The notes under the pieces: model-generated
Seen by the model: the letters and a program-made list of their open reading frames with translations, nothing else
What the model was told of the DNA's origin: nothing
The model's database searches: none
Shown: positions 41,066 to 51,473 of the stretch, piece by piece
Numbering within the stretch: position 1 is the stretch's first letter
Layout: every line of letters starts with the position of its first letter
NCBI GenBank assembly: GCA_036677365.1
Contig: JAVBWN010000001.1
Span: 1-64,000 of the forward strand
Direction of reading: 5' to 3'
Length of the DNA: 64,000 nucleotides
From: Acholeplasma sp.
GTDB lineage: Bacteria; Bacillota_I; Bacilli_A; Acholeplasmatales; UBA5453
Position numbers and translations under genes: made by a program

Positions 41066-41428
41066 ATGGCAAGAGCAAAAGGTCAACAATTGATCCAAGA
41101 GCTTACGAGCGCATACATGAAGGAAGTTCCAACTTTCTATCCAGGTGATACTGTAAAAGTGTATGTCAAAATTAAAGAAGGTAACCGCGAACGTATCCAA
41201 TTATTCGAAGGATTGGTCATCAAACGTCAAGGTGGCGGTGTCAGTGAAACTTTCACAGTTCGTAAGATTTCCTATGGCGTCGGTGTAGAAAGAACATTCC
41301 CAGTGAATGCACCTACCATCGACAGATTAGAAGTTGCTAGAAGTGGTAAAGTAAGAAGAGCTAAGCTCAATTACATCAGAACATTATCCACTAAAGCTGC
41401 ACGTATCAAAGAAAAGAGATCCGTCTAA
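41066..41428 (+). CDS. rplS: 50S ribosomal protein L19
   Basis: [37 protein letters not shown]. Confidence 0.98.
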   Translation: MARAKGQQLIQELTSAYMKEVPTFYPGDTVKVYVKIKEGNRERIQLFEGLVIKRQGGGVSETFTVRKISYGVGVERTFPVNAPTIDRLEVARSGKVRRAKLNYIRTLSTKAARIKEKRSV

Positions 41429-41572
41429 GGAATTAAAACCAGTGAATGCTGGTTTTTTTCTTTTTAATGGCTTTACAACGCAAAATGAAAACAAATGTAA
41501 AAATTTTCATGAAATGCTTGAAAGCCTTTACACGACATGTTATAATAACATGTGTTATAAGGAGTTGAAATT

Positions 41573-42568
41573 ATGAGCGTAAAAGTAACGATTTATGAAG
41601 TAGCCTTAGCGGCAAGAGTCTCATTAGCAACCGTTTCAAGAGTATTAAACAACCCTGAAAAAGTTAAACCAGACACGAGAGAACGCGTCTTAAAAGTCAT
41701 TAAAGAACTCGGCTATCGCCCAAATGCGATCGCTAGAGGTTTGGCGAGCCGTAAAACCACCACTGTGGGTGTTTTGGTCTCTGATATCACGAGAGCTTCT
41801 GTTGCTGAAATGCTTGGGGGTATCTCCGACATCGCGATGAAGTATAGCTATTCAATCAAACTATTCTCTGCCCATGAAGATGTCAACATCATCGAACTCA
41901 TCAACGACATCGTGGCTGAACAAGTCGATGGCGTGTTGATCTTAAACGATGAGCTCGACGCATCTAGAATGAAGAAAGTCAAAGAATTATTTGACGAAAA
42001 CGAAATCCCATTCGTTTTAGCGAACGTGGTCAATGAGGATAGATCTGTACCAAGCGTATCCATCGATTATGAAAAAGCAGGGTATGAAATCACCAAATTG
42101 ATGATTGAAATGGGTAAAAAAGACATTTACATGCTTTCTACCGTGAGAAAATATTCCGTCAACGATAAGAAAGAATTGGGCTACACCAGAGCAATGCAAG
42201 AAGCACACTTAATGCCACGCGTGTTCAGAACCTCCGGGACGACATCTGTTAACCGTCAACATTTCGCAAACTTCTTCGCCGATAAGATCATCGATGGTGC
42301 CATTGGTGTCCGTGACTCGATTGCCGTATCTTTCATGAATATTGCGAATGAATCTGGCCGTTCTGTCCCTGAAATGGTATCTGTCGCAGGCTTCCAAAAT
42401 ACGAAGTATGCGCTTTTATCCCGCCCAACCTTGACATCGATTGATATCCCAGTGTATGATATCGGTGCAGTAGCCATGAGACTATTAACCAAACTCATGA
42501 ATAAAGAACAACTCGATTCACTTCAAGTTGTATTACCTCACTACATTGTGAGAAGAGAATCATTATAG
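41573..42568 (+). CDS. ccpA: Catabolite control protein A (LacI family)
   Basis: TIYEVA...VSLATVSRV, YRPNAIARGLASRKTTTVGV, YDIGAVAMRLLTKLMNKE typical of CcpA. Confidence 0.88.
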   Translation: MSVKVTIYEVALAARVSLATVSRVLNNPEKVKPDTRERVLKVIKELGYRPNAIARGLASRKTTTVGVLVSDITRASVAEMLGGISDIAMKYSYSIKLFSAHEDVNIIELINDIVAEQVDGVLILNDELDASRMKKVKELFDENEIPFVLANVVNEDRSVPSVSIDYEKAGYEITKLMIEMGKKDIYMLSTVRKYSVNDKKELGYTRAMQEAHLMPRVFRTSGTTSVNRQHFANFFADKIIDGAIGVRDSIAVSFMNIANESGRSVPEMVSVAGFQNTKYALLSRPTLTSIDIPVYDIGAVAMRLLTKLMNKEQLDSLQVVLPHYIVRRESL

Positions 42569-42574
42569 GGTCGT

Positions 42575-42772
42575 TGAAAAAAACACAGTAAGCTTAAACT
42601 TTAGAACATAGAGACTTTGTGTTAGGTGAAAACAAAGCTGGGTTTAAACTGAATTACACTTTTGGAGATCCAACAATTAAAAAGAGTGCTATGGGCAACC
42701 ATAGAACTAAGGTGGTACCACGATTGTTATAGTCGTCCTTAGATTGATTTTTAAGGACGGCTTTTTATTTTA
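42575..42772 (+). promoter_or_regulatory. T-box riboswitch (Tyr)
   Basis: AGTA box, AGAGA/GGTGAAA, specifier TAC in GAATTACAC, T-box AAGGTGGTACCACG (42709-42722), terminator. Confidence 0.93.
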
Positions 42773-42789
42773 TCTAAAGGAGAAGAACC

Positions 42790-44028
42790 ATGACATTATT
42801 TGAAGAATTACAATGGCGCGGATTTGTTAAAGACGTATCCAATGAAGCCAAAGCAAAAGATTTATTAGACAACCAAAAAACGAAATTTTATTGTGGATTT
42901 GACCCTACTGGTCAAAGCTTAACCGTTGGCCACTTGGTCCAAATCGTTAGAATCATGTTGATTGCGAAATATGGACACACCCCTGTTGTCCTCATTGGTG
43001 GCGCAACCGGCCTCATCGGTGACCCAAGACAAACCAGTGAACGTAAATTACTGACTTTAGAAGAATCCTTACAAAATGCAGAAAAGATCAAAGTTCAATT
43101 GTCGCACTTCCAAAAAGAAGCGATTTTTGTCAACAACTACGATTGGATTTCTAAGATCGATATGATCCATTTCTTAAGGGATTACGGTAAAAACTTTAAC
43201 ATCAACTACATGTTATCTAAAGAAACCGTGCAAGCGAGACTGGATACAGGGATTTCTTACACCGAGTTTTCATACATGCTCATCCAAGCGATTGACTGGT
43301 TACACCTCTATCAAACCTTAGAATGCAAAATCCAATTTGGTGGGTCTGACCAATGGGGAAACATTACGACTGGGTTAGAACTCATCCGTAAAACCGTAGG
43401 TGACCAACACGACGCCGTTGCGATGTCATCACCATTATTATTAAAAGCCGATGGTACGAAGTTTGGTAAGAGCGAGTCCGGGGCATTATGGTTGGATGAA
43501 TCCTTAACCAGTGCTTATGAACTCTACCAATATTTCTTAAATACAGCCGATGACGATGTGCTCACTTATTTCAAGATGCTCACTTTATTATCCAAAGAAG
43601 AAATTGAATCGACTGTCGCTACCTCACAACTTGAACCTGAAAAACGCATCGCCCAAAAACGTTTGGCTGCAGAAATCGTCGAACTCGTTCATGGCAAAGA
43701 AAAACTCAATAGTGCCTTGAACGTGACCGAATCTCTATTCTCAGGCGAGTTCTCTAAGTTATCGCTTAATGAACTTATGATGGCGAAAAAAGGATTAGAT
43801 TCAATTACAGTTACAAACGAAATCAATGTCCTCGATGCTTTGGTAGATACGAAATTAGCATCCTCTAAACGTGAAGCCAGAGAGTTTGTAAAAAGTGGTG
43901 CAGTCGTTGTCAATGAAGTAAAAGTCAATGACTTTGATGTTCAAATCAATAAGTCTTCAGCATACTTTGAAAAGTATGTTATTATAAAAAGAGGAAAGAA
44001 GAAGTTTGCATTGGTGGAACTCATCTAA
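42790..44028 (+). CDS. tyrS: Tyrosine--tRNA ligase
   Basis: GFDPT...[18 protein letters not shown]-terminal S4 domain. Confidence 0.97.
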   Translation: MTLFEELQWRGFVKDVSNEAKAKDLLDNQKTKFYCGFDPTGQSLTVGHLVQIVRIMLIAKYGHTPVVLIGGATGLIGDPRQTSERKLLTLEESLQNAEKIKVQLSHFQKEAIFVNNYDWISKIDMIHFLRDYGKNFNINYMLSKETVQARLDTGISYTEFSYMLIQAIDWLHLYQTLECKIQFGGSDQWGNITTGLELIRKTVGDQHDAVAMSSPLLLKADGTKFGKSESGALWLDESLTSAYELYQYFLNTADDDVLTYFKMLTLLSKEEIESTVATSQLEPEKRIAQKRLAAEIVELVHGKEKLNSALNVTESLFSGEFSKLSLNELMMAKKGLDSITVTNEINVLDALVDTKLASSKREAREFVKSGAVVVNEVKVNDFDVQINKSSAYFEKYVIIKRGKKKFALVELI

Positions 44029-44037
44029 GGAGGGTCT

Positions 44038-44874
44038 ATGGACATCATTCTTTATAACCCATTATCACGTAACGGTAAGAGTCAAGGAATTGTGGATGAA
44101 CTGGTATTGAAACTCGAATCTGAAGGTAAAGTAGTGGCTGTTCACAGCATCCTTGAAATCCCCTCGGTGGCGAATTTCATCCAAGGGGTTCAAAAAGAAG
44201 ACCGTGTCATCATTTTAGGTGGTGACGGCACACTCCACCATTTGGTCAATTCGATTCGTGGGTATGACATCACCCAACCAATCTATGTATTAAAAGCCGG
44301 TACGGGTAATGACTTCATTCGAAGCATCCCATCGAAAGACCACTTGATACAAATCAATGACTACATCCAAGACTTACCTAAAGTGACCGTGAATGGGGAA
44401 GAATCCTTATTCTTAAATGGGACTGGGATTGGTGTCGATGCCTATGTGTGTCACTTAGTCAACACTTCAACCAAAAAGAAATCTGCTGCCAATTATTTCA
44501 AAAATGCCCTCAAAGCATTCTTAACTTATAAACCATCGGAGGCCACCGTCACGATTGATGGGGTTACCAAATCCTACAAAAAGGTTTGGTTCATCCTCGC
44601 AGCGAACTCGGTTTACATGGGTGGCGGTATGAAGTTCTCACCAAGTTCTGTTCGTGGCGATGATTTGTTGGAATTTTTGATCATTCATCGTGTACCCAGA
44701 TTCATTTTATTCCTCATTTTCCCAACCATCTATTTTGGAAAACACGTATGGTTCAAACGCTGGGTGACCATCATCCAAGGGAAAACCATGGATGTGCATT
44801 ATGGCAAAGTCTCCTTTCTTCAAAAGGATGGCGAATCGGTCAATCATGTCCAATCCATGCACATCGAAAGATAA
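44038..44874 (+). CDS. Diacylglycerol/lipid kinase family protein
   Basis: YNPLS, GGDGT, GTGNDF, GIGVDA, YMGGG, DGE. Confidence 0.9.
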   Translation: MDIILYNPLSRNGKSQGIVDELVLKLESEGKVVAVHSILEIPSVANFIQGVQKEDRVIILGGDGTLHHLVNSIRGYDITQPIYVLKAGTGNDFIRSIPSKDHLIQINDYIQDLPKVTVNGEESLFLNGTGIGVDAYVCHLVNTSTKKKSAANYFKNALKAFLTYKPSEATVTIDGVTKSYKKVWFILAANSVYMGGGMKFSPSSVRGDDLLEFLIIHRVPRFILFLIFPTIYFGKHVWFKRWVTIIQGKTMDVHYGKVSFLQKDGESVNHVQSMHIER

Positions 44875-44877
44875 TTC

Positions 44878-44919
44878 AAAGACGCTTAGTTCAATATAGA
44901 ACTTGAAGGCGTCTTTTTT
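44878..44919 (+). terminator. Intrinsic terminator after tyrS and the lipid kinase gene
   Basis: AAAGACGCTT...AAGGCGTCTTTTTT. Confidence 0.75.
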
Positions 44920-44967
44920 CTTTACCATATTTATGGTACGATATAAACATCTTACACGGTGAACAAA

Positions 44968-47900
44968 ATGAAGACACTCAGTCAGCTACAACTGAATATG
45001 CTACATGCTTCCAAACAGTATGATCACTATCCGATCCAAATCGGGTGTTTTTTAGATTTATCTCACCTTGAAATCAACCCAGATAAGATTGAATCCTATT
45101 TTCATCACATAGACGAATTACATCAAACCATTATCTTATTGGATCATGTACCCTATTGGATCAACATTGATCAAAAACCCAAACTCTTATCAATTCATCA
45201 AAGAGATACCCAAGCGTTTTTCGAAGCACCATTTGAGTTGAATTCACCTTTCTATCGAATCGCCATAGAAAGTGAAACCAACCGTCTTCTGTTCGTAGCG
45301 AACCATATATTACTCGATGGCACATCGATTCAGTATTTGATGAAGTCGCTGTATCTTCATTTACAAGATTTACCGAATGGGGGATTTTCAAAAGCTAAAG
45401 AAACACAGCCCATACAACCGGAGGCGCAAGCCTTTTTTGAAGAAAAAATTAGACAAACGCCACCTACGTTCATCAAACCTTATCATCATTTTTCAGGGGT
45501 ACAACCAGCCAAAAGGAAACATGTGGTACTAAAGAAAAATTTCTTAAGTGACGATGTATCATCATTTTCATTATCCACTTTGATAGAAGCTGCCATCGTG
45601 CTATATTTATCCTACCTATATCCAAAACAACCTGTCCGTTACGGGATGGTTTTAAGCCAAAGACAATCGTCTGAAAAAACAGCTTTAGGGATGTTTTCAC
45701 AAGTGTATCCAATGCATGTCAATATCACGGAAAACCCTACCATAGAGACATTTTTAAAACACATTGAACTTACACATCGTCAAGTCTTAAGAAGAAGATT
45801 TGTCGATTTTGAAGCATTGTTGGCTTGTTCCAAAGCCCATCACCAAACAACCCAATTGTTTGATTTCACAATCATCAATCAAAGTAGACATTATGATGAA
45901 CACATTCCGATTGAACCCTTGTTTTACCCCTATATAGATCAGTCTTTGGTTATCAATATACTTGAGGGGGACGATACCCATCTCTACCTAGATTATCAAA
46001 CCGGTATATATACGGAACCGATGATTGACCGATTGATTAAGAGACTTAAATACATCATCGTTCAATTGAGTAAACTCAACAATGTGTCTGATGTCTCTGT
46101 GTTGTTTGATGAAGAATTGCCCATGATTTTACCTAAAGTAGAGAAAAAACTCATGGATTTGTATCATCAAAACTTAGATTCACATCTAGAAGATATCGCC
46201 ATCATCGACGATCAAGCCATCACTTATCAAAAGCTAGAAACGGATTCAAACCGTTTGAGTCACGCATTGGTAAACATCCAAGTAGATACCATTGTCATCG
46301 ATGGTCATAAGACATATCGATCCATATTGACAATGCTTTCAGCCATCAAGGCAGGAAAACCATTTGTTTTTTATACATCAGAAACCAACACCTTTTTGAA
46401 TCCACCAATCAATATCGACAATTTAGATTGGCAGCACCAATCACCCTTATACATCGATTATCCTAAAAATCCGATTCTGGCGTATTATTTCACTTCGGGT
46501 ACTCAAGGTAGAAAACAAATCGCCACTACAAGAGATGCACTTTACAATCATTTGACTGGGGCACCTTATATCAGAGAAGCGAAAGATTTAAAACGGATAC
46601 CTTTATTATCAGCACTTCATTTCGATATGAGTTTGGAAGAAATCTGGGTTGCATTACTGCACAAAATCACCTTGGTATTGTTCGATGAAGAGACGTTCAA
46701 ACAACCATCCAAAAGGCTAAACCGTTTTGATCTTTACCCTGTGGACGGAATCACAACCACCCCTTCAATGATTAAAATCTTAATGGATGACCCTAAACTC
46801 ATGTCGACTTTGAAATGGCTGGTTTTAGGGGGTGAAACCTTGACACCTGGATTGGTTAAAAGCATCCTCGCTTATCCTAACATCCAGTTATACAATAGCT
46901 ATGGTCCAACCGAAACCACCATCGCTGTCACATCCACTCAGATAACATCCAGTGCGTCTATTTCCATCGGTAAAGCCCATTCAAACACCCAAGTAATGAT
47001 TTTCAATGAGAAGCCATTGCCATGGGGAGATATCGGCGAAATCTATGTTCAAGGTATGAATGTCAGTCCATCGGTAAAGACGGTGATGTATCAAGACAAA
47101 CCATTTTACCCAACGGGTGACCTAGGTTATCAAGATGAACATGGGGTTATCTATTTTATCGGTCGAGGTGACCGAACCATTAAACGCCACGGGGTCAGAA
47201 TCGATTTGAACTGGATGGATCAAAAAATCCAACAACACCCATCGGTCATTCAAGTTTGTTCGGTGTTTAACCAAAATCAAATCATCAGCTATGTTCAAAC
47301 CAATCCAAAAGCAGATGAAGACATCGTGAGACAGTACATCTTCAATACACTTTCCCCGCAACATAGACCCAATCGAGTGGTGTTCACACAAAACATCACC
47401 AAAGAAGGCAAAATCGAAACACGGGATAATGTGAAACAAACCCCGTTTAAACCAAACAACCTAAAAGAAAAAGCGATTTTTCACGCTTTATCGATTGTAT
47501 TAAATCATTCAAAATTTAGTCTGGAAGATGGGATTGTTACCCATGGTGGAGACTCACTCTCAGTCATCCAAATCTTATCCATCTTAGACCAATATGGGTA
47601 TGCATTGGATACGGAACATTTAGAAACCAAAACAATAGCGGATATTATCCGCGATACACAAAAACGAAACATATCTTATAAACAATTGAAAAAGCACCCA
47701 AAGGGTCTACCGATTGCAATGGGTAATTGCATATGTCTTTATGGTGGAAATGGATTTTTAGGCATCCATTTATTGGATACTTTTATAGAACAAACCGATG
47801 CCAAAGTGATATTACCATTACGTGTTTCAAAAGCAGTACTTGAAGAGACTTATGCGTACTATATAAAGAAAAAACTAGACACCAGTCGAGTTCAAGTCAT

Positions 47901-48600
47901 ACCTTTTGATGCTACGATAGATCACTTAAATATCGATACCATCATCAACGCTACAGGGTATACGAAGTATCAAGGCAAGCCTGAAATCTATGATTACATC
48001 AATGTCGATTTCGTATTAGATCTTGCAAATAAAGCGAAAGATTTAGACATCTCTTTAGTTCATATATCCACCTTAGGTATTGGTGCTTATGAACGGGTAT
48101 TTGATGAAGCACGCAGACGCATTCGAATGACTTTTAGTAACCCTTATTTAACGTCTAAAGCCAAGGCAGAAGTGGCGTTAAGTGAAATCGAAGGCTTGAA
48201 TTACAAACTCATTCGTGTGGGTAATCTGACGCCTAGTCTTAACCAAATGGTACCACAAATAGGTAACGATAATGCTTTTATGAAGGGATTATCCAATTTA
48301 GTACACCATCACAATTCAAACTTATATGGCATTCATTTTGATATCACCCCAGTAGATATCGCTTCAAACGCAATCGTTATGTTTTTAAAATCAACCATGA
48401 CCATTGGACATGTGGTTCATCCGAATAGATATCACTATGATGGTGATACAAAAGGTATGGCAATAGATGAAACCAAGCCAGTGATTCGAAGCGAAAAAAC
48501 TCAACAAGTCTTAAAGAAATTAGGGTTTAGATACGCAAAATTAGATACCGATTATTTAAAAGCCATGGGTGAGATTGCTGAAAAAAACAGGGACGTGTAA
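44968..48600 (+). CDS. Single-module NRPS: condensation-adenylation-PCP-thioester reductase
   Basis: C: NHILLDG. A: FTSGTQG, FDMS, GGE, YNSYGPTETT, YPTGDLG, GRGDRTIKRHGVRID, GK. T: GGDSL. R: GGNGFLG, YLTSK. Confidence 0.88.
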   Translation: MKTLSQLQLNMLHASKQYDHYPIQIGCFLDLSHLEINPDKIESYFHHIDELHQTIILLDHVPYWINIDQKPKLLSIHQRDTQAFFEAPFELNSPFYRIAIESETNRLLFVANHILLDGTSIQYLMKSLYLHLQDLPNGGFSKAKETQPIQPEAQAFFEEKIRQTPPTFIKPYHHFSGVQPAKRKHVVLKKNFLSDDVSSFSLSTLIEAAIVLYLSYLYPKQPVRYGMVLSQRQSSEKTALGMFSQVYPMHVNITENPTIETFLKHIELTHRQVLRRRFVDFEALLACSKAHHQTTQLFDFTIINQSRHYDEHIPIEPLFYPYIDQSLVINILEGDDTHLYLDYQTGIYTEPMIDRLIKRLKYIIVQLSKLNNVSDVSVLFDEELPMILPKVEKKLMDLYHQNLDSHLEDIAIIDDQAITYQKLETDSNRLSHALVNIQVDTIVIDGHKTYRSILTMLSAIKAGKPFVFYTSETNTFLNPPINIDNLDWQHQSPLYIDYPKNPILAYYFTSGTQGRKQIATTRDALYNHLTGAPYIREAKDLKRIPLLSALHFDMSLEEIWVALLHKITLVLFDEETFKQPSKRLNRFDLYPVDGITTTPSMIKILMDDPKLMSTLKWLVLGGETLTPGLVKSILAYPNIQLYNSYGPTETTIAVTSTQITSSASISIGKAHSNTQVMIFNEKPLPWGDIGEIYVQGMNVSPSVKTVMYQDKPFYPTGDLGYQDEHGVIYFIGRGDRTIKRHGVRIDLNWMDQKIQQHPSVIQVCSVFNQNQIISYVQTNPKADEDIVRQYIFNTLSPQHRPNRVVFTQNITKEGKIETRDNVKQTPFKPNNLKEKAIFHALSIVLNHSKFSLEDGIVTHGGDSLSVIQILSILDQYGYALDTEHLETKTIADIIRDTQKRNISYKQLKKHPKGLPIAMGNCICLYGGNGFLGIHLLDTFIEQTDAKVILPLRVSKAVLEETYAYYIKKKLDTSRVQVIPFDATIDHLNIDTIINATGYTKYQGKPEIYDYINVDFVLDLANKAKDLDISLVHISTLGIGAYERVFDEARRRIRMTFSNPYLTSKAKAEVALSEIEGLNYKLIRVGNLTPSLNQMVPQIGNDNAFMKGLSNLVHHHNSNLYGIHFDITPVDIASNAIVMFLKSTMTIGHVVHPNRYHYDGDTKGMAIDETKPVIRSEKTQQVLKKLGFRYAKLDTDYLKAMGEIAEKNRDV

Positions 48601-48612
48601 ATGTCCCTGTTG
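48585..48612. terminator. Terminator between the convergent NRPS and trpS genes
   Basis: AACAGGGAC...GTCCCTGTT. Confidence 0.7.
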
Positions 48613-48614
48613 TG

Positions 48615-49610
48615 TTATTTTATTCGACCTAAACCAATGCGTTTATACACTTTTTGAATCTTTTTATAAGCGACCGCCCGTGCAGCGTCTCTGCCAGCAT
48701 CTAAGATATCATCGAGTTCTTTCGATGCGAGTAAGGCTTGGTATTTGTCTTGAATTGGTTTTAAGTATTGTGCCAGTGCCTCTGCCAAATCGGATTTAAA
48801 TACCGCGTAATTCGAGTCTATGTATTTGTGTTCTAGTTCAGCGATGGTTAAATCACTGATCAATGAATAAATCGTAAGCAAGTTTGAAATGCCAGGTTTG
48901 TGTTTGACATCAAAATTAATTTTGGTATCGGAATCCGTCACAGCGGATTTGATTTTATTTTTGATGGCGTTGATGTCGTCTAAGATATAAATGATGGCTT
49001 TTTGGTTATCATCGGACTTACTCATTTTCTTGGTCGGTTCTTGTAAACTCATGATTTTACCACCCACTTTAGGGGTAAATGGTTTTGGAACCACGAAGGT
49101 TTCACCGTGTTGACTGTTGAAGCGTTCAGCTAAATTTCTTGTAAGCTCTAGGTGTTGTTTTTGGTCCTCACCCACAGGCACGATATCTGCGTCGTATAAT
49201 AAGATATCGGCAGCCATCAATGCTGGGTAGGTCAAAAGATTGGAACGGATGCCTTCCATTTGTTTTTGTTTTTTGTCCTTGTATTGGGTCATTCTTTCAA
49301 GTTCAGGGACATAGACTGTAGATTCCATGATATACCCTAACATCGAATGCTCAACCACTTCCGATTGAACAAATAAATGGACTTTATTCGGATCTAACCC
49401 ACACGCCAAATAGAGTGCTGCCAAGCTGCGAATGTTTTTTCTCAGTTGGGTTTTGTCCTGTGGCACTGTAATCGCGTGTAAGTCCGCGATAAAAATGAAA
49501 AATTCTGTGTCTTTTAATTCTTCTTGTAAAGCGATGAATTGTTTGATCGCCCCTAAATAGTTGCCTAATGTGATTAAGCCTGATGGTTGAATACCTGATA
49601 CTAAACGCAT
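48615..49610 (-). CDS. trpS: Tryptophan--tRNA ligase
   Basis: SGIQPSG, TLGNYLG, YPALMAADIL, KMSKS. Confidence 0.98.
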   Translation of the reverse strand: MRLVSGIQPSGLITLGNYLGAIKQFIALQEELKDTEFFIFIADLHAITVPQDKTQLRKNIRSLAALYLACGLDPNKVHLFVQSEVVEHSMLGYIMESTVYVPELERMTQYKDKKQKQMEGIRSNLLTYPALMAADILLYDADIVPVGEDQKQHLELTRNLAERFNSQHGETFVVPKPFTPKVGGKIMSLQEPTKKMSKSDDNQKAIIYILDDINAIKNKIKSAVTDSDTKINFDVKHKPGISNLLTIYSLISDLTIAELEHKYIDSNYAVFKSDLAEALAQYLKPIQDKYQALLASKELDDILDAGRDAARAVAYKKIQKVYKRIGLGRIK

Positions 49611-49629
49611 GATAAATCCTCCTTATAAA

Positions 49630-49830
49630 AATAAAACGCCCTTAGAAAAATATCTAAGGACGACAATGTCGCGGTACCACCTTAGTTCTATGGAAAACCA
49701 TAGCCCTCGAATGTCTTTATAGCCGACCTGCTCATACTCTGTAGGCCCATTCATTTATGTATCCTTTGAAGGCTCTCACTGTCCCTCCTCGCTTGTAAAG
49801 TCATCGATAAATTACTATTCTACGTCTTCG
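49630..49830 (-). promoter_or_regulatory. T-box riboswitch (Trp)
   Basis: Minus-strand specifier TGG in GAATGG, T-box AAGGTGGTACCGCG (49683-49670), terminator before the RBS. Confidence 0.92.
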
Positions 49831-49928
49831 TATATGCCTATTTTATGATAAAAACAGGGTTTTGTCAAAATATTTCCAACCCAAATCGATAGATAGATCA
49901 AATGATATCGCTTTAATGGTTTTATGGG

Positions 49929-49956
49929 TTGACAATATATTTTTTAATAGTATAAT
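49929..49956 (+). promoter_or_regulatory. Sigma-A promoter
   Basis: TTGACA-16-TATAAT. Confidence 0.75.
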
Positions 49957-49970
49957 TCAACTTGTTGATA

Positions 49971-50113
49971 TCTCCGAATCCACAGAGTGGGGGACCCATC
50001 CATTTCAGGGGTGAATGGCATCATTTAGATACCTAAGGATACTTAATGTCCTGAATCCGTCAGCTAACCTCATAGGAGTGATTAAGCGTATAAATCATTT
50101 ATGCGTTTTTTTT
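49971..50113 (+). promoter_or_regulatory. c-di-AMP (ydaO/yuaA) riboswitch with terminator
   Basis: CCGAATCC...GGGGGACC...GGGGTGAAT...CCTGAATCCGTCAGCTAACCTCATAGG; terminator 50084-50113. Confidence 0.92.
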
Positions 50114-50134
50114 GTTTTTAAAGGAGGACAAAAC

Positions 50135-51472
50135 ATGGATGTATACACCCTGATTTTTAAGATTTCCATCGTTTTATTGGTGGGATTCATCGGCGCACTC
50201 ATTGCGAGAAAATTTAAATTACCAAACGTATCCGGTTACTTGGTTTTAGGGCTATTATTGGGACCAAGCATGGGACTGATTTTTAAAGGCTACCCAGGAT
50301 TCCTAACGATTGAAGAAAATAACAGCATGGAATTCATTGGCGAAATCGCACTCGCGTTCATCGCGTTTTCGATTGGTAGTGAATTCGCCATCAAAGCGAT
50401 TAAAAAGATGGGCCGCTCGGTCATCATCTTAACCACCACCGAAGTCATCGGTGCGGTAGTCGTTGTGTTCTTAGCGATGCTATTTTTACCAAAACCTGTG
50501 GACATCATCTCAAGCTATCTACCATTTGCGAATCGTAACATCGCCTTTGGTTTAATCCTAGCTTCAATGTCAGCAGCCACCGCCCCAGCAGCCACACTCA
50601 TGGTCATCCGTCAATACCGTGCGTATGGACCTGTGACCAAAGCCATTTTGCCCATCACAGCCTTAGACGACATTTATGGCATCATCACTTTCGGATTTTT
50701 CATTTCCATCGCTCAAATATTGGTCCCACAAGGTGCGAACCAACCGGCTTGGTTGATGTTCTCAAAACCATTCATTGAAGTCTTTGGTTCAGTATTCTAT
50801 GGGTTACTCATCGGTACCATCATTTCCAAAGCAGCGAACAAGTTTGATAAGAATCGTGACGATATGCAAGTCATCGCACTCATGGCTGTTTTATTCATCA
50901 TTGGGTCAGTGACGATGATTAACCACTATTTACACCCTTATGGCATTGGATTCTCACAATTGTTAGCCAACATCATGGTCGGTTCAACGATCGCGAACTT
51001 AGCGAAACAACCTCAAAGAAGTTTCACCGCCATCAACGATTTCGCTACCCCATTTTATGTTATGTTCTTCACATTGGCAGGGGCTAGCTTGGATTTAGCG
51101 GTATTAAAACAAGATACCCTCATCATTTGGATCAGCCTAGTCTATATTTTAGCCCGCGGTAGTGGTAAAATATTAGGTATCATGGTAGGTGCTTATATCG
51201 TCGATTCACCGAAGACCGTTAAAAAGTATTTAGGGATTGCTTTACTACCACAAGGTGGGGTATCGCTTGGGTTACTCGTCATTGTTCAAGCACAGATGAG
51301 ACCGTATTACCCAACCATTTCCACCATCATCATGTTATCGATTTTAGTGTATGAAACTTTTGGACCGGTATTTGCGAAATTCTCAATTTCCAAAGCAGGG
51401 GAAGTCAATGGACTCGACCGTTTGGATGAAGCATCCAGTCTTGAAGGTTTAGAAACTGCAGGAGGACATTAA
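50135..51472 (+). CDS. Cation:proton antiporter (CPA2-type, likely K+/H+)
   Basis: LPNVSGYL, AFSIGSEF, ATAPAAT, ALDD, LLPQGGV; c-di-AMP riboswitch upstream. Confidence 0.88.
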   Translation: MDVYTLIFKISIVLLVGFIGALIARKFKLPNVSGYLVLGLLLGPSMGLIFKGYPGFLTIEENNSMEFIGEIALAFIAFSIGSEFAIKAIKKMGRSVIILTTTEVIGAVVVVFLAMLFLPKPVDIISSYLPFANRNIAFGLILASMSAATAPAATLMVIRQYRAYGPVTKAILPITALDDIYGIITFGFFISIAQILVPQGANQPAWLMFSKPFIEVFGSVFYGLLIGTIISKAANKFDKNRDDMQVIALMAVLFIIGSVTMINHYLHPYGIGFSQLLANIMVGSTIANLAKQPQRSFTAINDFATPFYVMFFTLAGASLDLAVLKQDTLIIWISLVYILARGSGKILGIMVGAYIVDSPKTVKKYLGIALLPQGGVSLGLLVIVQAQMRPYYPTISTIIMLSILVYETFGPVFAKFSISKAGEVNGLDRLDEASSLEGLETAGGH

Positions 51473-51473
51473 T

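Noticed and set aside
50015-50134. N-terminal extensions in the ORF track (antiporter; likewise S41, rpsD, gap, rplS, ylbF, ylbG, TrmH)
   Set aside because: The extensions run through riboswitch, leader or promoter sequence; the downstream ATGs have clear SDs.
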